From Gemmatimonadota bacterium (GTDB lineage Bacteria > JBHIER01 > G020348925): DNA of 64,000 bases. Positions 1-10,700 of the stretch are shown here, piece by piece. Position numbers and translations under genes: made by a program. The first letter of the stretch is position 1; the number at the start of each line of letters is the position of its first letter. The notes beneath the pieces are model-generated. The model saw only the letters and a list, made by a program, of their open reading frames with translations, was not told where the DNA came from and searched no databases. The stretch lies in assembly GCA_020348925.1 (NCBI GenBank), contig CP070758.1, positions 2,309,688 to 2,373,687 of the forward strand, given 5' to 3'.

Positions 1-2
1 GG

Positions 3-1523
3 ATCACCGGTATTGATATTCCCGCCGGTGGAACCTTTGAGATCGTCTTCAGAGTGACTCTTGATGTGGAAGTTCCAACCAATGTCACGCAGATATGCAA
101 CCAGGGGAGAATCCACGATCTGCCCGACGAAAACGATGAGCCCTCGGACGATCCCAGTACCCGTCAGATCAACGATCCGACCTGTCTCGAGGTTGCTCAT
201 GAAATTGAGGTGTGGGATCCTGAGATTGAAGCCTTCATGGTGGCCCTGGATGTCAACGGTGGTGGGTTGGTTGGTGGTGATATCGTTGAATATACTGTAA
301 CCATGACGAATTTGGGCCCCTATGATGTCTTTACCCTCAATTTCTACTGTCCGCTTCCGGATCACACGGAACATCTCACTGTCACCGGCATACCCTTCGG
401 GACCGTCGATATCTCACTCCCGGATATGGTCTTCATAACGGGCATGCCCCTCAGCGTTGGTCAGACCATTGAGATTGTATTTTCGGCACAAGTGGTGTCA
501 TTCCCGCCCGAAGGCGTTGCGGAGATTTCCTGTCAGGGTTGGGTCGGAAATATTCCCGAAATGGAGGATGAGTACACGGACGATCCCGCCACACCGGAGG
601 AGCACGATCCGACGGTACTCACCTTGGATTCGAACGGGATGAAATGCGATATCAACGACGACGGTGAGGTAACCATAACCGATCTCTTTATGCAGCTCAG
701 GCATATTACGTACGATGTGGAACTGACAGGAGACGAATTCTGGGCTGCCGACTTCAATGGCGATGAGACCATCAATATCATCGATCTCATGAGCTGCATC
801 AATGTCTCTGTGGGAAACACGCCGAAGCGCGGAGAGCCGGGCATCGAGATGTCCCTGGCCGATGACATCGCCGTTGTCCACAATGTCGTTTCGGTGCCCT
901 GCCAGTTGCGAACGACGCTCCCGGTGGCTGGAGCTTGGTTCAGACTGGACTACGACCCGACACGCCTCACGCCGGGGCCGGCACAATTGACAGAACAGAG
1001 TGCTCACATGGCTCTTGCTCAGAGAGATGTCGGTCATTCCCTCTGGATGTTGGTCTACAGCATGGAGGGGGAAACGATTCAGGCGGGAAATGCACCTCTC
1101 GTCTCGGTTCCCTTTCGGAAGGCCCAGGATCTCGACGGAGAGACGGTGGTCAGAATCGACGAGGCGATCGCTTTTCTGCCGCTCGGGGAGGCGATCATCC
1201 TGGAATCCGATTCGCGCGTGATCTCATTGAAATCGACACTCCCTGAAGACTTTGCCTTGGAACAGAACGTGCCCAATCCGTTCAATCCCGAGACGCGCAT
1301 CAGGTACCGGCTGCCCCATGAGGCTCATGTCACCCTTGAAGTGTACAACGTTCTCGGACAACGGGTCATTACTCTTGTCGACGAAGAGCAAACCGCTGGT
1401 GATCGAACGGTATCGTGGAATGGTATCGATGACAGCGGCATCCAAGTTCCAAGTGGAGTCTACTTCTATACCATTACGATGGGTGAATTTTTAGCAACGA
1501 AGAAGATGGTCTTGGCGAAATAG
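3..1523 (+). CDS. 5'-truncated secreted modular protein: DUF11-like repeats, dockerin-like, cohesin-like, and T9SS type-A/FlgD-Ig C-terminal domain
   Basis: Frame is open from position 3 (ITGIDIPAGGTFEIVFRVTLD...). DUF11-like GDIVEYTVTMTNLGP and DDPxT..DPT motifs. Duplicated Ca-loop CDINDDGEVTITDL...ADFNGDETINIIDL. Cohesin-like VSVPCQL..VAGAWFRLDYDPTRL. C-terminus FALEQNVPNPFNPETRIRY...YNVLGQ..SGVYFY..TKKMVLAK. Confidence 0.85.
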   Translation: MTGIDIPAGGTFEIVFRVTLDVEVPTNVTQICNQGRIHDLPDENDEPSDDPSTRQINDPTCLEVAHEIEVWDPEIEAFMVALDVNGGGLVGGDIVEYTVTMTNLGPYDVFTLNFYCPLPDHTEHLTVTGIPFGTVDISLPDMVFITGMPLSVGQTIEIVFSAQVVSFPPEGVAEISCQGWVGNIPEMEDEYTDDPATPEEHDPTVLTLDSNGMKCDINDDGEVTITDLFMQLRHITYDVELTGDEFWAADFNGDETINIIDLMSCINVSVGNTPKRGEPGIEMSLADDIAVVHNVVSVPCQLRTTLPVAGAWFRLDYDPTRLTPGPAQLTEQSAHMALAQRDVGHSLWMLVYSMEGETIQAGNAPLVSVPFRKAQDLDGETVVRIDEAIAFLPLGEAIILESDSRVISLKSTLPEDFALEQNVPNPFNPETRIRYRLPHEAHVTLEVYNVLGQRVITLVDEEQTAGDRTVSWNGIDDSGIQVPSGVYFYTITMGEFLATKKMVLAK

Positions 1524-1766
1524 AAGTGAAAAAGATTAGAGGGTTTCTTTAACATTAATATTGGAGAACAGGGAGAAAGGCCCTCAGGTTTTTCTGGGGG
1601 CTTCTCCCATTTCCGTTCCTGAATGTTTCGAACAATAGAGACGTATTGTATTGAATACGAGGTTGGGTTCAATTGAAGAAAGAGGGTCTTTATGGATGTG
1701 AGGCCCGATTTTTTCATCGGTAGGAGGAATAGTACAGGAGCCTTTGTGAAAAGGGAGGCTAACACG

Positions 1767-4700
1767 ATGCGAAAAACAGTTTTGGGTATCTTTTTCTTTT
1801 TCATTGTGGCAGGCAGCGGTATTATCGATCATGGAATCGCGCAGGTTCAAAAGAATCCCAACGATTATCTTCAGGATGCGACACTGTCGGTGGAGTCTGA
1901 AGCCGGGATCCCTGGGAGTACGGACAATGTGGTTTCCATCTTCATGAATAATGGGGTGTCCGTGTACGGGGTCCAGTTCCGACTGGCATACAATCCCCAA
2001 GTGCTGGATGTGACTGATGTGACGCGGACAACCAGAACGAATCATGTCATCATTTTTGGATGGGGTGAACCCGAGCCCGGAATTGTCGAAGTGGCCATTG
2101 CCGATGTCTCCGCCCCTGTCGCAGGGACCTCAGGGTCGATTGCCGATTTTCACTTTGACGTACCTCCGAGTGTCCGCTGCGGTGATTTCGACATGACTTT
2201 GTCCAATGTCATCATCACGGATGTCTCAGGAGACTCTCTCGCCGGAGGATTCGACTGGTTTGACGGCGTGTTCAGCATCTCCCTTGCGGGTCGTGAAATC
2301 GCCCTATCGGATACAGAGCATAATTTCGGGCTGGTAAATACTGGGAGCTCTGCCCAGTGGGATCTGACGATATACAATGATGGTGAAGATCCCTTGGAGG
2401 TTACGAATATTGTTTCCTCTCACCCCGATTATACTGTGGACATGATGAGCTTTTTCGTCGGTTCCTGTGATAGTCAACAGGTCGAAGTCACTTTTTCTCC
2501 CGCTGCTGGTGGGATCATTGCAGGTCAGTTGACGGTTTCGAGCGATGATCCTGATGAACCGACAGTGCAGGTCAATCTGACCGGCGAGGGATGTGTCCCT
2601 CCGGAAATAGATACGGATTCGGTCTCTGTCTACTTTGGGGAGGTTCCTCTCGGCGGGTTTGCCGATGCAACGATCATCGTGTACAATCTCGGCTGCCAGA
2701 CACTCGATGTGGACGATGTGGATATTACCGGGGCGGATGCGATGCAATTCAGCATTGAGAGCGGGGGTGCGCCCTTCTCGGTTCTGGCGGGTCAGAGCGA
2801 GATTATCGAAGTGAGATTCAGCCCGACATCATGCGGGGCGCAAACGGCTCAGCTGGAGATCGACAGTGATGATCCTGATGAGGGGACAATTATTCTTCCC
2901 CTGACAGGAGATGGGACCTCCGTACCAAATATTGCTGTGACTCCTCTCACCGTGGACTTCGGGGTCGTTGATGTCGGCAGTGTCGTCGACACGACCATTA
3001 CTGTCGAAAATACAGGCTGCCTGGATCTGGTTGTGGACGATGTGAGCATTGACGGACCTGATGCCGGGAATTTTTCAATAATTTTTGGCGGGGATCCTTT
3101 CACCCTGAATTACGGTGAATCCCATGATATCCAAATACAGTTTGAGCCCACGGCCGGGGGATCGAAAAGCGGCGCGAGAAATCCTCTTCTGGCCAAGAAC
3201 GCCACGCTGCATGTGCAGAGCAATGATCCTGACCAGGGCGTGACGGATATCCCTTTGGCCGGCACTGAGTGTGAATATCCGGACATCCAGCTCAATCTGA
3301 CGGATGTGGACTTTGGTGTCGTCAATATGCCCCAATGGAAGGATACGACCATTGTGGTTTCCAACGACAGTTGCCAGACGCTGGATGTGGGAGTAACAAA
3401 CGTTGTGGGAGATGATGCCGATAATTTTGACATAATCGGTGGCGGCGCTCCCTTCTCAGTGGCCACCGGGAATACGCATAACATCGACATCCGGTTCACT
3501 CCCTCCTCGGACGGTCCGAAGAACGCCGTCCTGCAAATCTTCAATACGGCGCCAGGCAAGAGTCCTGCAAATGTCAATCTCAGCGGTGATGGATGTTCGC
3601 AACCGGACATCGATGTTATTCCTGATGCCGGGGACTACGGCGTCGTTGACATCGGGTCTTACGCGGACAAGAGCTTTTATGTGCATAATCTGGGGTGTCA
3701 GACGTTGGAGATCTCATCGATAGATCTTGGCGGAGACGACCCCACTCAGTTCTCAATTCTCGGGGATGATTCCTTTTCGCTTGCCGAGGGTGATTCGCAG
3801 GAGGTCGTGGTGCGGTTCGAACCGACGTCACCGGGGGCAAAAAACGCCGTGATGCAGGTTCACAGCAATGATCCGGACGAGGGGACGTTTAATGTCGATC
3901 TGATCGGTGGCGTGTGCGGAGTTCAGGACATCGCAGGCAATCCCCTGTCCTGGGATTACGGCAAGGTCAATCTGGGTGACGATGGGGATAAGATCTTCAC
4001 TGTTTCGAATGTGGGCTGCCAGAGTTTGACGGTCACCGGGACTGCACTCGTGGGAGCGGATAGTGACCAGTTCTCCTACTTCAGCGGTGAGGGCGGTTTC
4101 ACCCTGGGGCAGGGGGAGACGCACGATATCGGGATCCGCTTTTCACCCACATCGGGCGGAAACAAGAATGCCACATTGCAGATCAACAGTGACGATCCGG
4201 ATGAAGCGACGGTGGAAATCGACTTGACCGGAGAGGGATGTGAATCTCCGGATATAGAAGCGGAACCCATCGTCTGGGATTTCGGAGAGGTGAACGAGGG
4301 GGCCTTTGCGCAGAAGATCTTCACGATCTCGAATGACAGCTGTCAAACATTACATGTCACGGCCACGGATCTTGTGGGGGGCAATTCTGAGTTTACGTTC
4401 GTGAGCGGGGGAGGGGAATTCTGGGTGGTTCCCGGAGGAACGCATCAGATCAGAATCCAGTTCGCCCCTGAATCTGGAGGGACGAAGAGTGCCATTTTAC
4501 GGATTCACAGCAACGACCCTGACGAAGATCCTTTTAATATTCCCTTGGATGGTGAGGGGTGCGAGGCTCCGGACATTGATGTGAATTTCACCTCTATCGA
4601 TTTTGGCGCGGTTGACGGTGGGCTGTCGGTCGATACGACCGTCACTGTTTCCAACGACAGCTGTCAGACACTGCAGGTGACCCAGGCGACCATAACAGGA

Positions 4701-7700
4701 GCTGATGCCGAGGAGTTTGAGGTCGTCGTGGGGGGAGGGGGATTCCAGGTTCCTCAAGGACAAAATCAGCCCGTTGTAGTCCGTTTCGCGCCTGTGAATC
4801 CCGGGGCGAAAAATGCGATCCTGAGAATTACCAACAACGATCCTGATGAAGGCACGAAAGACATTCCCCTGAGCGGTTTCGCGAACGCCCCTGATATTGA
4901 GCTTTCGGCGACGAGTCACAATTACGGCAACGTGAATTTGGGCGGTTTTGCCGATTGGGTGCTGGTGGTGAGTAACGTTGGGAATAAGAATCTTAGTGTT
5001 TCCAACATCGTCTCCAACAGTGCCGATTTCGTTATCACGTCTCCGGTCTCTTTTCCGGTCGTGATCGCGGCCTCCGGGAATGTCAATGTCACCGTCCGAT
5101 TCACACCATCGACAGGGGGAACTCGGGTGGCAAATCTGACCATCACGAGTAACGATCCGGATGAACCGAGCCGGAACGTTTCCTTTACAGGTGTGGGCTG
5201 TGTTCTGCCGAACATCACCGTCGATCCGACCTCGTATAATTACGGCAAGGTCGCCCTGGGCGGTTATAAGGACAAAACGTTCGTTGTCTCAAATATCGGT
5301 TGCCAGAATTTGAATGTATCTTCCACAAGTATAACTGGGCCTGATGCCAGTCGTTACACCATATCCAGTGGCGGTGGCGCCTTCACCTTGGGCAAAGGGC
5401 AGACACGGAATGTCGTTATCCGTTTTGCACCGGTGACGGGAGGGAGTAAAACGGCCATCTTTCAAATCGTCAGCAACGATCCGGATGAGGATACTGTGAA
5501 AGTGACGTTGCAGGGTGAGGGATGTGTGAGCCCCAATATCGTCGTCGACCCGACCACCTGGGATTTTGGTACCGTGAATGTGGGGAGTTTTTCTGATATC
5601 ATCATCATCGTGTCGAATACAGGGTGCCAGGACCTCGTCGTGAGTGGAGCTAATCTCGTCGGAGGGAACCCTGATCAATTTTCCATTCGGAGTGGGGGGG
5701 GTGGTTTTACCGTATCCAGCGGCCAGACGCGAAATATTGAGGTCCGCTTCAGTCCGACCTCCGGTGGGATTAAAAACGCCGGAGTCCAAATTCTGAGCAA
5801 TGATCCAGACCAGGGTGGTGTGATCGTCACCCTGACGGGTAGGGGGTGTCCCTTTCAAGATATTTCCATCACGCCGGCATCCTGGGACTTCGGGATTGTT
5901 GACCTCGGAAATTATGAAGAAAAAACATTTGTTGTCTCCAATCAGGGGTGCCAGGATCTGCAGGTATTGGGGACAAATCTCGTGGGGGCGGATTCCGATC
6001 ATTTTGACATCATGAGTGGTGGAGGTGCTTACAGTATTGCTGGAGATGATACCCATGATGTCGTTATCCGTTTTACGCCGACAACAAGCGGGGCAAAGAG
6101 TATTGTTCTGAGAATCACATCTGATGATCCTGATGAGGGGACATACGATGTGACGATAACAGGGGGTGTTTGTTCTCATCCTGACATTGAAACGAATCCC
6201 GGTTCGTGGAATTACGGCTCTGTTGCGATCGGGGACTATGAGGAAAAGACGGTCACTGTTTCGAATACGGGGTGTCAGGTTCTGTCGCTGACCGGCATCG
6301 GTCTCGTGGGAGCGAATACGAACCAGTTCAGTATCACCAGCGGTAATATCACGATTGATCTCAATCACGGTGAGACGCACAACGTCGTGATCCGGTTCTC
6401 CCCGACTTCAGAGGGCACAAAGAGCGCTGGGCTCAGGATCAGTTCAAACGATCCTGACGAGAGCACCCTCACCGTGCCTCTCAACGGATATGGTTGCGGT
6501 GATCCCGATATTGATGTCGATCCGGCTTCTGTGAGCTATGGGAGCGTGAATGTTGGGAGCTCCAGTGATCGGACCATTACGATCTCCAATGTGGGGTGCC
6601 AGGTTCTCAACATTTCGGCGACAACTCTCACAGGGACCCATGCGACGCAATTCGACGTCGTAAGCGGGGGAGGAGGGTCAACGATTGTTAGTGGTGGTGC
6701 CCGGAACCTCATCGTGCGCTTCACACCAACTTCCGGTGGGGCGAAAACGGCCACACTGCAGATCCTTTCGGACGATCCGGATGAGGGGACCGTGCTCGTC
6801 CCGCTCACGGGCTCAGGTTGTGCAGAGGCCAACATATCCCTGAATCCGCTGGTGAAGAATTATGGAACCGTGAGTGTCGGCAGCAGCAGTCCTGGAACGT
6901 TTGTCGTTTCGAATACAGGGTGCCAGGATCTGCAAGTAACCGCCACAACAATTTTGGGGACAAACCACACTCAGTTCCAAATCGAGAGTGGGGGAGGGTT
7001 CTTCACTGTTGGGAGTGGACTGTCCCACAATATCGTTGTTCGATTTGTTCCGACATCCGGTGGTTTCAAGGAGGCCACACTCAGAATTCTCAGCAACGAT
7101 CCTGATCAAGGAGCCGTAGAAGCATCCCTCTCAGGGACTGGATGTTCATATTCGGACATCAGTGTGAATCCCACGTCTTGGAATTTCAACAGAATCGATG
7201 TGGGAAATTTCAACGAGAAAGTGTTTGAGGTGGCAAACGTTGGCTGTCAGAATCTCGTCGTATCGAGTACGAGCATTGTGGGAAGTGATCCGTCCCAGTT
7301 TCTTATTGCCGCTGGTGGTGGGGGGTTCACGCTTGGTGAGGGCCAAACCCACGAGATTCTTATCCAGTTTGTGCCGACATCGGGTGGGAGCAAAAGTGCT
7401 GTCTTTCAGATTCAGAGCAACGATCCTGACGAGAGCATTCGAAACATTTCACTGAGTGGGGAGGGGTGTCCGTACCAGGACATTTCGGTCAATCCGACAT
7501 CATGGAATTTCGGCACCGTTGACATCGGGAGTTTTGTCGAAAAAATCTTTGTGCTCTCAAATGTTGGGTGCCAGACCCTTCAGGTGACCGGAATGAACCT
7601 CGAGGGGCCCCACATGGATCAATTCTCCATTGTCAACGGTGATGGGAGCTTCACTCTTGTTGGAGGAGAGACGCGAAATGTGGTCGTTCGCTTTACACCA

Positions 7701-10700
7701 ACATCAGGCGGTGGTAAGACTGCAACCTTACGGATTTCCAGTAACGATCCTGACGAACTTGGGTTGGAAGTGCAGTTGAGTGGTGGTGTGTGTTTGGGGA
7801 CCGATATTACTGTGGATCCCACATCGTTGGACTTCGGGGTCGTGAACGTCAGCCTGGGGACACAGAGGACCGCCGTGGTCTCCAATACGGGATGTCAGCT
7901 TCTCCAAGTTTCAAGTGTAACTGTTACTGGTTCTGATGCGGTTCACTTTTCGGTAGTCAGTGGCGGAGGCTCCTTCTCAATACCTCAAGGAGAATCTCAC
8001 AATGTTATCGTGGGATTTGTTCCGTTATCCGGGGGTGGAAAAAACGCCATACTGCAAATTTTGAGTAATGATCCGGACGAAGGGACGAAAAATGTCCCGT
8101 TGAGTGGCACCGGATGCTCCCAACCGGACATTGCTGTGAACCCGTCTTCGTGGAACTACAGTGGCGTAGCGATAGGGGACCATGCGGACAAGGTCTTTAT
8201 CGTTTCCAATGAAGGTTGTCAAAATCTCTTGGTCTCGGGAACGACACTGGTTGGACCCGATGCCTCCCAGTTTGCTATTACGGGTGGTGGCGTGTTCACC
8301 GTGGTCCCTGGCGGGGCTCACAGTGTGGTTGTGACGTTTTCTCCGACCAGTGGAGGAGTAAAAACGGCTTCGCTTCTGATCCACTCAAACGATCCTGATG
8401 AGGAGGAGTATACGGTTCCCCTAACTGGTGGTGCTCTCAGTGCTGATATTCAGCTGTCCGCAACCAGCCACGATTTTGATGGTGCCCCTATAGGGCAACC
8501 GCAATATTGGATTCTGGAGATATCGAATGTGGGTGATGGTCATCTCACGGTCACGAGCATCCTGACTGATAGGACCGATTTCATTGTGTCCTATCCGACA
8601 TTTCCCCAGATCGTTCCTCCCGGTGCATTTGTGAGTGTCGCGATTGTTTTTACTCCCTCCGTCAGCGGTCTTATTACGGGCAATTTAACTATTGCCTCCA
8701 ACGATCTCGACGAACCGACCCGCATCGTGTCACTCCGTGGTCTCGGCCTCGTTCCGGATATAGAGCTGTCTGAGACTCGTCATGACTTTGGTGGCGTGGC
8801 CGTTGGAAGCACAACACAATGGATTCTCACCGTTACGAATTCGGGCACCGGGGATTTGAACGTCAGTGCTCTCGGATCGGATAATCCTGTGTTTGCGGTG
8901 GATGTCCCGTCGTTCACGGTTGCGTCTGGCGGGAGCCGTCTTGTGACGGTCACCTTTTCCCCGACAGCGGAGGGGCTCACAACAGGGCAGATAACCGTTC
9001 GGAGCAACGATCCGGATGAACCCGTGCGCTCTGTTATTCTGACAGGAGAAGGTCTGGTGCCTGATATTGAGGTGGTAACCAGTCACAATTTTGGAGAGGT
9101 GCCTTTGGGGAACTTTGGACAATGGACGATGACGGTATCGAACATGGGTACCGGACCCCTCATCGTCAGTGGAATTGGTTCCGATCATCCGGCCTTTACC
9201 ACCAGCCCGATCAACTTTACTGTGATGCCCGGCAGCAGCTACGACGCAATCGTGACATTTACGCCGTCCCAAGGAGGGGCAGCCTCCGGCCAGATTACGA
9301 TTGTGAGTAATGATCCGGATGAAGGGATGGTCGTCGTTTATGTTCTGGGGAACGGCTTGGTCCCCGACATATCCGTTCCTGTAACAACCTATGATTTTGG
9401 AGGCGTCGATGTCGGAGATTCGACAACGTGGGATTTTAATGTGCAAAACTTGGGGACAGGTGATCTCGTCGTTACGAGCATTCTTTCGAATAAAGCCGAT
9501 TTCATTGTCGAGCCGAAGAGTTTCACTGTACCGCCCGGTGCCTACCAGGTTGTTACGGTGACGTTTTTGCCTTCGATCGGTGGACTCATCTCAGGTCAAC
9601 TTGATATCTCCTCGAGCGATCCCGACGAGCCAACGGTCGCTCTCAGTCTGACCGGAACAGGACTGGAACCTGATATCGATCTCTCGGCAACGAGCCATGA
9701 TTATAACGGAATTCCACTCGGTCAATCGGCGAATTGGATACTCACAGTTTTTAATGTTGGAACAGGCGAACTGACCGTCAACGATATTGTATCGAGCAAC
9801 GCCGCCTTCCATGTCGACATCACCTCCTTCGTGGTGATGCCCAGCGGCAGTCGGAACGTGACCGTCACACTGACTCCTCCGATGGAGGGTTCGGTGTCCG
9901 GTCAATTGACCATTTATTCCAACGATCCTGACGAGCCGACGGTGTCGGTGATGCTGAATGGAGCGGGCCTGACACCTGATATTGAGATTCCGGTAACGGC
10001 CCATGACTTCGGCAACGTTGAAGTCAATACCTCTGCTGCATGGACTCTGCTCATTGAAAATGTCGGCGGGGCAGACCTGGTTGTCACGGATGTCAGATCC
10101 GATAATCCTGCTATGACCGTCGCCCTCTCCCTGCCTTTGATTCTGAGCCCAAGGAGCAGTGAGCATGTCCCTGTAACTTTTTCCCCGACGGAAGCGGTGA
10201 CGTATGAGGGCCAGCTGACTGTGACCAGTGATGATCCGGATGAACCCAATATAACGATCTCTTTGACCGGTGTGGGCGTGGGGGTGAGTGTCCATGTGAA
10301 TAACTTTGATGTCCTCGCCTATCAGGGCGTTGTGCTCCTGCGGTGGTCGATTGGGGCCGCCCACGATTGTATGGGTTTTCACCTCTATCGCAGCGAATCT
10401 TCCGACGACGACTACGAGCGATTAACGCATTTTCTGGTACCGTTGATCGTCAATGGAAATTATACATATCGGGATGCATCAATAACTGCGGACGGGACCT
10501 ACTACTATCGCTTAGGGGCAATGGATCTCAACGGCGGGGAGGAGGATATGGGTTTCGTGGTGGTGCGAGTGGTTGGATTCACGCCGAGCGATTTTGGTCT
10601 GGCTCAGAACTATCCCAATCCATTCAATCCTGATACGCGCATTACGTATACGCTGCCTGAGAGTGAGCGGGTGACGCTGTTTCTGTATAACACCCTGGGG

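Noticed and set aside
5694-5701. G8 tract in the first giant gene (and G9 at 61892-61900 in purD) as phase-variation sites
   Set aside because: Both encode Gly-Gly-Gly motifs in intact frames, and the tracts are short.
5289-6380. 363-aa minus-strand ORF, and similar antisense ORFs at 8730-9446, 9591-10382 and 16641-17498
   Set aside because: They lie wholly antisense to the giant repeat genes, show no recognisable motifs, and are explained by codon bias of the sense genes.
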